DNA of 64,000 nt from an archaeon (GTDB lineage Archaea > Nanobdellota > Nanobdellia > Pacearchaeales > GW2011-AR1). A model generated the notes under the pieces. That model was not told where the DNA came from. It ran no database searches and worked only from the letters and a program-made list of their open reading frames with translations. The position numbers and the translations under genes are program-made. Each line of letters begins with the position of its first letter. The first letter of the stretch is position 1. The stretch covers positions 11,975 through 75,974 of the forward strand of contig JABHLR010000005.1 of assembly GCA_018693315.1 (NCBI GenBank), written 5' to 3'. Below, piece by piece: positions 55,381-64,000 of the stretch.

Positions 55381-55390
55381 GTTTTATAAG
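55381..55390 (+). promoter_or_regulatory. TATA-like box gttttataag, 22 nt upstream of the topIB-like ATG
   Basis: Same TATA-to-ATG spacing as other genes in the window. Confidence 0.4.
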
Positions 55391-55411
55391 TGTTGGAGTT
55401 TTTGTTGGGGG

Positions 55412-56512
55412 ATGGAAGGAGATGAGATCGGTTCAGTTAGGATTCTTGCTAAGGGTTTGTCGACTGTTAGAAAAACTAAATCTGGATGGATGAAGGTTTA
55501 TGTTGATATTCCGAAGACGTTTGATGCGATAAAACTTTTTAAGAAAAATAATTATTTGAAGGCTTTGGTTGATTCCAAGGATTCGAAGTTTTTGAAGGGC
55601 GGGTTGAATGCGAAGGGGAAAGTTTTTGGGGATAGGGTGAATGTGCTTCCGAGTAAACATGAGTTAGATAAGGCGTTTTCGCTTTTCGCTGATGGTTTGG
55701 TGATTCATGATGAGTTGTCGAGTTCGCATTGGGATGTGATTTTTAGGAATCCGAATGGTAAGTATTCTTATTTGTATACTTTGGAAAAGAAGAAAAAAAG
55801 TAAGGCGAGGAAGTTTTCGGCTGTTGATAATTTTGAGAAGAATTTGGTTAAGATAAATCGGGCTGTGAATAAAGGGATTGTTGATGGTGATTTGATGGCT
55901 TTGGCGATGAGGACTTTGTTGCAAACTAGGATGAGAGTTGGTAGTGAGGTTTATTATAAAGCTGATGGACATAAGGGTTTGACGACGCTGAAGAAAGGTG
56001 ATGTGAAGATTTCTGGGAATAAAGTTACGTTTTCATTTATTGCTAAGGATGGCGTTCCCCAGGTTATTAGTGAGAGGTTTTCGAAGGAGTATGTTAAAAA
56101 TTTGAAGAGTGTTTTGAGAAAGTTGAAGAGTAATGGTTTTATTTTTGCGAAGGCTGGTCGGCCATTTAGAGATACGGATTTTAAGAAAGCGTTTGAGAAT
56201 TATTGTGGTGAGGAATTTTATCCGCATATTGTTAGGTCTCATTATGCTACGAAGAGGGCTGAGGATTTTTTGAAGAAGCACAAGAAGTCTAACAGGGATG
56301 AGGTTGAGAAATTGTTTGGGGATATTGCTGTGAAGTTGGGGCATAAGAAATTTTCGAAGGGCGAGTGGAAGACTGATTATTCTGCGACTGTTCATTATTA
56401 TATTAAGCCGAAGTTTGTTGATAGGATTTTGAAGAAAATGGAAGCTGGCGCCGCACGCGGCATACCCTCTAAGGAGGGAACTAAAGTTCCAGTTTTATCG
56501 GGCAAAGTTTAA
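55412..56512 (+). CDS. Type IB DNA topoisomerase, small poxvirus/bacterial-type (putative)
   Basis: Matches to conserved TopIB blocks: NPNGKYSYLY (cf. DxxGRxQYxY), TRMRVG...GLTTLKKGDVKISGNKVTFSFIAKDGV (cf. vaccinia IRFG...GLLTLKNKHIEIS...FVGKDKV with catalytic Lys), PHIVRSHYA (Arg), LGH...HYYIKP (cf. catalytic Tyr in Y-[IL]-x-P). About 366 aa. Confidence 0.6.
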   Translation: MEGDEIGSVRILAKGLSTVRKTKSGWMKVYVDIPKTFDAIKLFKKNNYLKALVDSKDSKFLKGGLNAKGKVFGDRVNVLPSKHELDKAFSLFADGLVIHDELSSSHWDVIFRNPNGKYSYLYTLEKKKKSKARKFSAVDNFEKNLVKINRAVNKGIVDGDLMALAMRTLLQTRMRVGSEVYYKADGHKGLTTLKKGDVKISGNKVTFSFIAKDGVPQVISERFSKEYVKNLKSVLRKLKSNGFIFAKAGRPFRDTDFKKAFENYCGEEFYPHIVRSHYATKRAEDFLKKHKKSNRDEVEKLFGDIAVKLGHKKFSKGEWKTDYSATVHYYIKPKFVDRILKKMEAGAARGIPSKEGTKVPVLSGKV

Positions 56513-56548
56513 GTAATTGTTTTTGTTTGATAATTTAGGAGGTGATGT

Positions 56549-56758
56549 ATGATGGAGTATTTTAATAAGAGGATAAAGAAGCTTGATGTTTGGGATATTG
56601 CTTTGACAAAGTTGAGTGTTTTGATTTTTGCTTTGTTTTTAGTTGGAGTTTGGCCCGCCCTTCGTGTTTGGGTTGATTCTAGAAATCCCTGGTGTTTTGT
56701 AGCTGCTTTTGTTATTGTTGTGGCTAGGCCGATTTATAGATTTTATTTGAAGAAATAA
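56549..56758 (+). CDS. Small membrane protein (69 aa)
   Basis: aggaggtgatgtATG context. Two TM segments. Confidence 0.35.
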   Translation: MMEYFNKRIKKLDVWDIALTKLSVLIFALFLVGVWPALRVWVDSRNPWCFVAAFVIVVARPIYRFYLKK

Positions 56759-56788
56759 TTTTATAAAGGAATTTGTATTGTTTATTTT

Positions 56789-56974
56789 ATGGTAAAGAAA
56801 AAAGAGGCGTGTTCTGTGAATGGCGGAGCTTGTCCATGCGGGGGTTTGATGGCGATTGTCATTATTGTTCTTGTTTGGATTTCGACGGCTATGTGGTCTA
56901 AGATTGTGATCACTATTGCTGCAGCTTTGATCCTTTTGTCTGCTGGTGCGTCTTCCTGTGGAAAGAAAAAGTAA
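56789..56974 (+). CDS. Small Cys-containing membrane protein (61 aa)
   Basis: ORF only. Confidence 0.25.
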   Translation: MVKKKEACSVNGGACPCGGLMAIVIIVLVWISTAMWSKIVITIAAALILLSAGASSCGKKK

Positions 56975-57014
56975 TTTTAAAAAAATAAAAAATTGCCAGA
57001 TGTTAGTCTGGACT

Positions 57015-57479
57015 TTATTCGGATTTAGCTTCTTCGGCGTCTTCTTTTGCTTCTTCAACTGTTTCGATCTTCTCTTCGCCTTCTTCAGCGTCTGAGTTAT
57101 CGTCTACAACTTCTGGAGCAGCTTCGTCGTCAAGTGCATCTTCAACATTGCTGTTGATTTCTGATGGGTTTGCTACTGGTGCTTCTGATGGTTCTGAGTT
57201 ATCCCTATCATTGTACCGTGGAGCATTGTCTCGTGGAACCATTGGTTTAGCCTCGCTAACTGTCAATGGTCGACCCTCGACTTCCTTCTTGTTCATTTCG
57301 TCGATGGCTTTTTGAGCAGCACCGTCGTCTGTGAATGTTACAAATCCGAATCCTTTGGATCTACCTGAGAATTTATCTTTGATTAGAACTGCTTCCTCAA
57401 TGTCGCCGTATGACGCAAAAAGTTCGCTCAATCCCTTGTCATCGATAGACCATGGTAGATTACCTACGTATAATTTCAT
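57015..57479 (-). CDS. RRM-domain RNA-binding protein with an acidic C-terminal tail
   Basis: RNP-2 LYVGNL and RNP-1 KGFGFVTF. C-terminal Asp/Glu-rich tail. Confidence 0.75.
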   Translation of the reverse strand: MKLYVGNLPWSIDDKGLSELFASYGDIEEAVLIKDKFSGRSKGFGFVTFTDDGAAQKAIDEMNKKEVEGRPLTVSEAKPMVPRDNAPRYNDRDNSEPSEAPVANPSEINSNVEDALDDEAAPEVVDDNSDAEEGEEKIETVEEAKEDAEEAKSE

Positions 57480-57585
57480 ATTTTCCTCCTGTGTTATTTA
57501 ATAATTTTAATAGAATTGTCATGATTGTTCTTGTTCTCGCTTTACATAATTTTATAGATTGAGGGTTTTTAAGGTTGTGGGTCGT

Positions 57586-58701
57586 TTAATGTGTGAACTC
57601 TAGGATTATTCCTGTGATGAAAATTATTGAGAGGATGATTATTAGGGTCCAGTTTATTGGAACTCGGATTTCTGGATCTTTTTTGTTCCGTTTGTTTGAT
57701 TTTGCTTTTCTTGCCATTAGCATTATTAGGATTCCTGTTAGTCCTCCTGAGATTACACCGCCGACACCTAGGATTAGTGCGAAGCCGACGAAATCGAATT
57801 GTGTCATGAAGATGTAGAGTGCTAATGGAACCATTGATGTTAGGAGGAATCTCATTTTTTTGCCGGTTTTGATGTCGAATTTGAATGTGTCGTTTAGGGA
57901 GAATGATAGGACGAAGTATGACGTGAGCATTGTGAAGATTCCGAGGATTGTCATTAGTGGGCCGAAAGATAGGGTTGCTACTTCAGTGATTGAGCTTCCT
58001 AGGACGCCGATGAATGTTGCGCTGAATATTACGTAAAGTAGGATTGGGATTAGACTTCCGATGATGATTGCTCTTTTTAGGTATTTTTCTTGGCCCTTGA
58101 TTTCTTGTCGTAGTTCTGGGATTGATGTGAAACCGAGTAGCGCGAACATTACTACACCGATGGGTATTGCGAAGTTTGGTGTGCTCCATGTCATTAGGTT
58201 TGATGTGTTGAGTTCTGGTGCGAATCTTGCGAAGATTCCTAGGATGATTGCTATGATTGCTATGACGCCCCATGTTTCGATTTTCTTTAAGCCCTTTAAT
58301 CCTTCTTTTAGCAATAGCGTCATGACGAGCCAGAATATGATTCCGAAAACTAGTGGGGGGATGTTGCCTGGGATTAGTTGTGCTAGGGACTGGCCTTCAC
58401 CGATTAGATAAGCCAGAAGTGCTGAGTAGATACCGAAGAGGACCGATATGAGCATTGCGTATTTCCCCCATTTGCCGAGGTATTTTTCTGCGTAGCCTGA
58501 GAGTTGGTGCTTGCCTCGGGTTCTTAATGTGATTTCTCCGAGTGCTAAGTTTACGAAAACCATTACTGCTCCAAGAACGATTAGCCAGAATATACCGACT
58601 AGGAAGCCTGATTTTGCGAAGACGTATGGGAGACCGAGGATTCCTGCTCCGATAATTGTTCCTGTAAGTGTGAATGTTGTTGCCCAGAATTTTTTGTTCA
58701 T
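57586..58701 (-). CDS. Amino acid permease (APC/HAAAP-like, about 11 TM)
   Basis: N-terminal GTIIGAGILGLP motif and polytopic hydrophobic profile. Confidence 0.65.
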   Translation of the reverse strand: MNKKFWATTFTLTGTIIGAGILGLPYVFAKSGFLVGIFWLIVLGAVMVFVNLALGEITLRTRGKHQLSGYAEKYLGKWGKYAMLISVLFGIYSALLAYLIGEGQSLAQLIPGNIPPLVFGIIFWLVMTLLLKEGLKGLKKIETWGVIAIIAIILGIFARFAPELNTSNLMTWSTPNFAIPIGVVMFALLGFTSIPELRQEIKGQEKYLKRAIIIGSLIPILLYVIFSATFIGVLGSSITEVATLSFGPLMTILGIFTMLTSYFVLSFSLNDTFKFDIKTGKKMRFLLTSMVPLALYIFMTQFDFVGFALILGVGGVISGGLTGILIMLMARKAKSNKRNKKDPEIRVPINWTLIIILSIIFITGIILEFTH

Positions 58702-58790
58702 TGTATCACCTTGATTGTATAGGGTGTTTCCTTTTTTATAGCTTACTACAATAATTTTTTTAAAGGGGTTAGGGTTGCTAATTGTCTAAG

Positions 58791-60575
58791 ATGGTGGATA
58801 TTATTGTGAATGAGAATTTTGAAGAGGATGCTTCTGAGTTGTTTGGAGATATCGAGAGCGGGAGCTTTGATTCGTCGGAGTTGTTTAAGTTGCAGATGGA
58901 TGCGCGGGAGATTTCTTCGGATTCGGAAATTGATGATTTGATTTCTTATGGGATGATTAAGAAAAATTTGGCTTATGATTTGCCGTACCAGAGGGAGGGT
59001 GCTTTGAGGTTATTGAAGGATTTGAATGCGACGGCTCTGTTGGCTGATGAGGTTGGTCTTGGGAAAACGATTACGACGGCGATGGTGATTAAGGAGGGTG
59101 TTGTTCGGGGGTTTTTGAAGAAAGTTGCGATTTTGTGTCCGCCGAGTTTGGTTGATCAGTGGGTTGCGGAGTTGAAGGAAAAGTTTGAGTTGGATTTTCA
59201 TATTGTTGAGTCGGTTGAGGATTGGGAGGAGCATGATTTTGTGATTGCGTCGATCGATAGGGTTAAGATTTTTGATAAGGTTAATAGTCGGTTTAAGCAT
59301 AAGGCGGCGCATGGGATTTCGTGGGATTTGGTTATTGTTGATGAGGCGCATAAGTTGAAAGAGCGGAATACTGTGAGGTGGCGGTTTGTTGATCGGTTGC
59401 GGAAGAAGAGGTTTTTGTTGTTGACAGCGACGCCGTTTCAGAATGATTTGGTTGAGTTGTATAATTTGTTGCATATTTTGAAGCGGGGGCATTTGGGGAC
59501 GATGAAGGAATTTCGGAAGAAGTTTTTGTATCGGGGGAATAAGAGGCATCCGTTGAATCCTGATGAGTTGAAGGAAAAGTTGGAGCAGGTGATGGTTAGG
59601 CGGAGGCGTGATGAGACTGGGATTAATTATAAAAAAAGGATTCCGAAGATTGTGACGATTGAGATGACGCCGCAGGAAAAGACGATTTATGACAATACTG
59701 TTAGGTTGTTGAAGGAGAATTATTTTAGGGCGGACGGTCGTGAGATTAATGGGGCGTTGATTGTGTTTGCGATTTTGCCTAAAGTGACTAGTAGTTCTAA
59801 GTCTGCGATTGAGAGTTTGACTAAGATTGTTGAGGGCGATGTTTATAGTGATGGGACGAAGGATTTTGCGCAGGGAATTTTGGATGATTATGCGACGTTG
59901 AATAAGGATTCGAAAATTGAGAAGCTTGTTGAGTTAGTTGAGGAGATTCGGAATAGATCTGATGATGAGAAAATTTTGATTTATACGCGGCATCCGACGA
60001 CTTTGAAATATATTGTTGAGAAATTGGAGCCGTTTGGCTTGAAGATTATTGAGTTTATGGGTGGGCTGACTAGAGAGGAGAAGTCTGAGAAGATTGAGTC
60101 GTTTAAGAGGGGCGAGGCGGATATTATGATTTCGACTGATTGTGGGGCCGAGGGTTTGAATTTTCAGTTTTGTCGGAATTTGATTAATTATGATTTGCCA
60201 TGGAATCCGATGAGTGTTGAGCAGAGGATTGGGCGGTTGGATAGGATTGGGCAGGAGCGGGATATGTATATTTATTCGTTTGCGACGAAGGGGACGATGG
60301 AAGAGCACGTGGTTGATTTGATTATTAATAAGATGTGTTGCGTTGGCTTGGTGATTGGGGAGTTGCCGATTATTTTATTTAATTTGGGTTTGGATGGTTC
60401 GGGGAAAAGTGGGAAGAATAAGATTGAGGAGAAGTTGATGGCGTCGTTTATTGAAGGGAAGGGGAATTTGGATTTTTTTGCGAGGGGAGTTGATGAGATT
60501 GCTGACGAGATTGCTTTGGGGATGAAGGATTATGAGAAGGAGAAGGTTCATAATAAGAAGTTTTTTGATGAGTAG
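58791..60575 (+). CDS. SNF2-family helicase/ATPase
   Basis: Motif I GLGKT, motif II VIVDEAHKLK, LLLTATPFQN, helicase-C motifs (STDCGAEGLNFQ, QRIGRLDRIGQ). ATG at 58791. Confidence 0.8.
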   Translation: MVDIIVNENFEEDASELFGDIESGSFDSSELFKLQMDAREISSDSEIDDLISYGMIKKNLAYDLPYQREGALRLLKDLNATALLADEVGLGKTITTAMVIKEGVVRGFLKKVAILCPPSLVDQWVAELKEKFELDFHIVESVEDWEEHDFVIASIDRVKIFDKVNSRFKHKAAHGISWDLVIVDEAHKLKERNTVRWRFVDRLRKKRFLLLTATPFQNDLVELYNLLHILKRGHLGTMKEFRKKFLYRGNKRHPLNPDELKEKLEQVMVRRRRDETGINYKKRIPKIVTIEMTPQEKTIYDNTVRLLKENYFRADGREINGALIVFAILPKVTSSSKSAIESLTKIVEGDVYSDGTKDFAQGILDDYATLNKDSKIEKLVELVEEIRNRSDDEKILIYTRHPTTLKYIVEKLEPFGLKIIEFMGGLTREEKSEKIESFKRGEADIMISTDCGAEGLNFQFCRNLINYDLPWNPMSVEQRIGRLDRIGQERDMYIYSFATKGTMEEHVVDLIINKMCCVGLVIGELPIILFNLGLDGSGKSGKNKIEEKLMASFIEGKGNLDFFARGVDEIADEIALGMKDYEKEKVHNKKFFDE

Positions 60576-60605
60576 ATTTAAATAATTGAATTGTGTTTGT
60601 GATGT

Positions 60606-60965
60606 ATGGCGAAGAAAGAGGGTAAAAAAGAGAGGGAAGAGGAGTGGAGTAGGCTTTCTCAGAAACTTAAAGAATTGAGGTTTGAGGATTCTCCGGCTAA
60701 ACGGAAAGTAATTCTTGACGAGGCTATTGCGTCTGAAGATGATAGACTTATGGCAGATGCCTTTTTTTATCTGGGGAATAGTGGTAAGGATTATTCTGTG
60801 AAGTTAAAATATCTTGAGGATGCTAGGGCTTTGTTTAAGAAGACGAATCAGCCGTATTATGCGAATTCGACTTGGACCAGGATACAAATGCTTCAGCAAG
60901 AGGAGAGGCAGAGGCGTCGTCCGCGTTGGAAGAAGATGTTGTTTCCTTTTAGGGCTGCGGCTTAG
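60606..60965 (+). CDS. Hypothetical charged protein (119 aa)
   Basis: ORF lying between the SNF2 gene and the CxxC-rich gene. Confidence 0.35.
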   Translation: MAKKEGKKEREEEWSRLSQKLKELRFEDSPAKRKVILDEAIASEDDRLMADAFFYLGNSGKDYSVKLKYLEDARALFKKTNQPYYANSTWTRIQMLQQEERQRRRPRWKKMLFPFRAAA

Positions 60966-61012
60966 TTTTTTATCACAATAATATTCTTAAAGGGGCTTGC
61001 CGATTTTTTCTG

Positions 61013-62407
61013 ATGTCGAATCAAATAGAAAAGTTTGTGATGGGGTTTTTTGAGAACCTGAAGTGTGGCGTTTCTTTAGAGGATGGTGTTTTGGTCGTTG
61101 AGAATGTCCCGAAGGCTTTTGAGGATTTGTATGGGAAAGTTGCGCCGTATAGATTTTGTTTTGTCGCGGGAATGAAGAATTGTGAGTTTGTTGGGAAGGG
61201 TAGTGTTCTGTTGGCTGCGATGACGAAATTTTTGAAGGGGGCCGGGAAGACGACTTTGTTGAAGATAGATTTTGATGTTGACCCGATGAAGGAAATTGAT
61301 AAGGTTTTGAGTTTGAAGAATTGTGAGATTGATAGTTTGGTTAAGAAATATAAGAATAGTTTTTTCTCGAGGTTTACTTTTATGACAACGTTTAGATATT
61401 TGAATGAGGCGGAACAGATTGTGAATGAGGTTTATGTTCATGATGGGAAAGTTGTCGACGGTGATTTGAGTGGGTATAAGGTTTTGGAGGGCGAGAGTGA
61501 TGCGGTTTCTGAGGATAGTGTGAAGCGGGATTATGATATTGCGAAGGATGTTTTGAAGGGGGTGTTGGAGGCGAAGACTGCGGAGATTGGTGAGAGTTTG
61601 GGGGAGAAGGCTGGGGTTGAGATTGAAAGGATTCGGGCGCATTATGAAAATTTGATGGGGGAGCTTGGTGGGGATTTGGCTGGGGCGTTGAAAAAAATTA
61701 AGGAAGTTGAGTTAGAGTTGAGAAATGCCGAAGATGAAGATAGGGATGTTTTGAGGGCGAGACTGGAGAGATTGAGGAAGGGGCTTGTGAAGATTGGGGA
61801 TGATGAGGCGAGGGATAAGATTTTGAAGGAGCAGGAGTTTACGATTAAGGATGCGATGCATAAGCACAGTTTGAATATTGATAATAAGTTGGTGAATACG
61901 ACTGTGATTTATTATCCTGTTTTTAGCTTTAATTTGTTTCTAAAAGGGGATTCTTCTGGGAGATTTGTTGAGATGAATTATGATCCTTTAACTAAGACTT
62001 TGAATAAGTTGGTTTGTGAATCTTGTGGGAAGGATATTGTGAGGTTGAATTTGTGTTCGGCTGGGCATATTAGTTGTGATGATTGTTTGGAGAAGTGCGG
62101 GGAGTGCGGGAAAGGATTTTGTGGGAAGTGTTTGAAGCGAAGTTGTAGTTCTTGTGGGAAATTGCTCTGTAAGGGTTGTGCGAAGATGTGTATGGGGTGT
62201 GGTAAGCATGTTTGTGGGAATCATATGAGGCGGGATTGTGTTTCTGGGGATGATCGGTGCGTTAGTTGTTTGCGGGCGTGTTTGAGGTGTCATGGTTTGT
62301 CGAGTCCGAAATATTTTGGTGAGGCTTTGGATGGATCGAAGGTTTGCCAGAAATGTTTGGGTGCTGAGAAAAGGGGTAATGTTTTGAAGGATGTTTTTAG
62401 GGATTAG
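61013..62407 (+). CDS. Hypothetical protein with a coiled-coil middle and a C-terminal array of about 9 CxxC pairs
   Basis: C-terminus CESCGK...CDDCLEKCGECGKGFCGKCLKRSCSSCGKLLCKGCAKMCMGCGKHVCGNH...CVSCLRACLRCHG...CQKC. Confidence 0.5.
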   Translation: MSNQIEKFVMGFFENLKCGVSLEDGVLVVENVPKAFEDLYGKVAPYRFCFVAGMKNCEFVGKGSVLLAAMTKFLKGAGKTTLLKIDFDVDPMKEIDKVLSLKNCEIDSLVKKYKNSFFSRFTFMTTFRYLNEAEQIVNEVYVHDGKVVDGDLSGYKVLEGESDAVSEDSVKRDYDIAKDVLKGVLEAKTAEIGESLGEKAGVEIERIRAHYENLMGELGGDLAGALKKIKEVELELRNAEDEDRDVLRARLERLRKGLVKIGDDEARDKILKEQEFTIKDAMHKHSLNIDNKLVNTTVIYYPVFSFNLFLKGDSSGRFVEMNYDPLTKTLNKLVCESCGKDIVRLNLCSAGHISCDDCLEKCGECGKGFCGKCLKRSCSSCGKLLCKGCAKMCMGCGKHVCGNHMRRDCVSGDDRCVSCLRACLRCHGLSSPKYFGEALDGSKVCQKCLGAEKRGNVLKDVFRD

Positions 62408-62447
62408 TTAATCTTATAAAATCATATTTGGTTATGATATAAACTAT

Positions 62448-62519
62448 GAGCCCGTAGTTTAACGGATAGAATAACAGGTTTCGGCCCTGTAGATGGGAGT
62501 TCGATTCTTCCCGGGCTCG
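62448..62519 (+). tRNA. tRNA-Arg (anticodon TCG)
   Basis: Manual cloverleaf: acceptor gagcccg/cgggctc; anticodon stem acagg/cctgt with loop ttTCGgc; T arm gggag-ttcgatt-cttcc; discriminator G. 72 nt. Confidence 0.8.
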
Positions 62520-62589
62520 TTATTTTTAATTCCGTGAAAATGTGAAATTCCTTTGGAATTTGCCAAATTTTCCGCTCCTTCGGTAGTGC

Positions 62590-63279
62590 CTAGATATTTT
62601 TGATAGATATTTTCTTTATCTCTCCTTGTTCAAGGTTTCCGAGCTTTATATTTCCCATTGAAATTCTTTTTAGTAAGTAGATTTTATATTTTAGTTTCTT
62701 GAGTGCTATTCGGATTATTCTATTTCGCCCTTCTTTGATTGTGATGTCGAATGTGTTTTTATTTATGTTACTGATCTTTGCAAATAATTTTCTGTCTTCG
62801 ATTAGTAATCCGTTTTTTAGTTTTGTAATGTCTTCTTTTGTTATGGAGGGCTCTGTTCGGACTTGGTATGTTTTTTCGCTTTCGTGTTTTGGGTGGGTTA
62901 ATTTATTGTTTAGTTCGCCGTCGTTTGTTAATAGTAATAATCCTTCAGATGCTCCGTCTAATCTTCCGACATAGTTTAGGTCGAATCCAATTTCTTTTTT
63001 TAGTTGAGATAATGCTTTAAGGTTGTAGATTGTTCTTCTGTTTTGTGGGTCGTCTTTTGTTACGAGGATTCCTTTTGGTTTGTTTAGGATATAGTAATAG
63101 TTTTTTTGTTTTCGTTCTAAAGCTTTTCCTTCGACTGTTATTTTGTCTGATTCTTCGGCTTTGTCGCCGAGTTTTGCTAATTTGTTATTGAGTTTTACTT
63201 TTCCTTTTTCGATTAGTTCTTCGGCTTTTCGTCTTGAGCAGAATCCGGCGTTGGCGATGATTTTTTGAAGGCGTTCCAT
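62590..63279 (-). CDS. Pseudouridine synthase, RsuA/RluB family (S4 domain plus catalytic domain)
   Basis: S4-like N-terminus (RLQKIIANAGFCSRRKAEELIEKGKVKLN) and catalytic GRLD motif (NYVGRLDGASEGLLLLTNDG). ATG at 63279 (MERLQ...). Confidence 0.75.
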   Translation of the reverse strand: MERLQKIIANAGFCSRRKAEELIEKGKVKLNNKLAKLGDKAEESDKITVEGKALERKQKNYYYILNKPKGILVTKDDPQNRRTIYNLKALSQLKKEIGFDLNYVGRLDGASEGLLLLTNDGELNNKLTHPKHESEKTYQVRTEPSITKEDITKLKNGLLIEDRKLFAKISNINKNTFDITIKEGRNRIIRIALKKLKYKIYLLKRISMGNIKLGNLEQGEIKKISIKNI

Positions 63280-63329
63280 GAATTGTATAGGATAGTTAGT
63301 TTTATAAAATCTTTTAGATAGGTGATACA

Positions 63330-64000
63330 ATGGGGAAGAAGACGACTTTTAATATTAGCAAGAATGATAATTTTAGCGAATGGTATAGTGAGATTTTGGC
63401 GAAGGCTGAGGTGACGGATTTGCGTTATGGTGTTAAGGGGTTTGTTGTGATTCGGCCGTGGGGTGCGAGGATTATTGATAAGATGTATCGGATTTATGAA
63501 TCGGCTTTGAGGGCGACTGGGCATGATCCTGCGATTTTTCCGGCAGTGATTCCTGAAGATAATTTTAAGAGGGAGGCGAGTCATGTTAAGGGATTTTCGT
63601 CTGAGTTGTTTTGGTTGGATAAGAAGCAGGGTGAGGACAAGTTGGCTTTGCGTCCGACGAGTGAGACTGCGTTTTATGATATGTATAAGATTTGGATTAG
63701 GAGTTATCGTGATTTGCCGATGAAGATGTATCAGCGTGCGAATGTTTTTAGAAATGAGACCAAGGCGACTCGGCCTTTGATTAGGTCTAGGGAATTTCAT
63801 TGGATTGAGAGCCATGATGTTTTTGCGAGCAAGAAGGATGCTGAGATGCAGGTTCAGGATGATATTGTGATGACCGAGGAAGTTATGCATAAGATTTTTG
63901 GGGTACCGTTTTTGCCAATGAGGAGGCCGCAGTGGGACAAATTTCCTGGGGCGGAGTATACAATTGGTTCGGATGTTGTGATGCCTGATGGTCGCGTGAT
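63330..64000 (+). CDS. proS: Prolyl-tRNA synthetase (archaeal/eukaryotic type), 5' partial; continues past the window end
   Basis: N-terminal ...FVVIRPWGARI...LALRPTSETAF...FRNETKATRPLIRSREFHWIE is class II ProRS. tttataaaa 21 nt upstream. Confidence 0.85.
   Translation, partial: MGKKTTFNISKNDNFSEWYSEILAKAEVTDLRYGVKGFVVIRPWGARIIDKMYRIYESALRATGHDPAIFPAVIPEDNFKREASHVKGFSSELFWLDKKQGEDKLALRPTSETAFYDMYKIWIRSYRDLPMKMYQRANVFRNETKATRPLIRSREFHWIESHDVFASKKDAEMQVQDDIVMTEEVMHKIFGVPFLPMRRPQWDKFPGAEYTIGSDVVMPDGRV

Larger units (their letters stand above)
51816..57000. mobile_element. Putative integrated or degenerate mobile region downstream of gatB
   Basis: Run of small ORFs, duplicated gatB-tail fragments, a second direct-repeat family, low-GC A-rich HNH and membrane genes, and a poxvirus/bacterial-type TopIB. 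No integrase or transposase recognised. Confidence 0.35.

Noticed and set aside
55412-56512. Tyrosine integrase as the identity of the HxxR...LGH...Y protein
   Set aside because: The N-terminal and central blocks (GKxSYxY; R..G..GLTTLK...F.AKDGV) align with TopIB rather than with integrase core-binding domains. The two share a fold, so this needs an HMM check.

Overview
The window reads as an archaeal chromosome segment (about 38-40% GC) from a small-genome, possibly DPANN-like lineage; the lineage is an inference only. Archaeal markers are present: archease next to RtcB, aCPSF1/FttA, a proteasome beta subunit, aIF2-beta, aIF1A with a Dim2-like KH protein, a CCA-adding enzyme, an FtsZ-family GTPase, GatD/GatE together with GatA/GatB and a GatC-like gene, archaeal-type AspRS and ProRS, tRNA-Asn and tRNA-Arg.

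The + strand is strongly G+T-rich and T exceeds A whichever way the genes point. Most genes sit about 20-30 nt downstream of a TTTATATA or TTTAAATAG box, which suggests leaderless transcripts.

The first 21 kb is an accessory cell-surface cluster. It holds a paralogous family of very large Sec-secreted LamG/PKD proteins; two of them share a near-identical 3' module of about 0.9 kb. There are also three pilin-like proteins (class III signal peptide) fused to GLUG-repeat or parallel beta-helix domains, plus a small GTPase/DUF2073-like/Zn-ribbon triad.

Three compositionally atypical islands stand out. A 1.6 kb insert at 5709-7310 has bacterial-style signals and a PEP-CTERM protein. A low-GC block at 28.6-32.7 kb carries an HExxH metalloprotease, a methyltransferase and an NYN protein. 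A mosaic region immediately downstream of gatB (51.7-57 kb) contains duplicated gatB-tail fragments, an HNH endonuclease and a small poxvirus/bacterial-type topoisomerase IB.

Other notable features are an SNF2 helicase followed by a CxxC-rich protein, an RRM protein, and adjacent signal peptidase I and presenilin/SPP-like protease genes. No CRISPR array or rRNA was seen. Gene starts were refined by hand from the ORF track, which often extends to upstream TTG codons.
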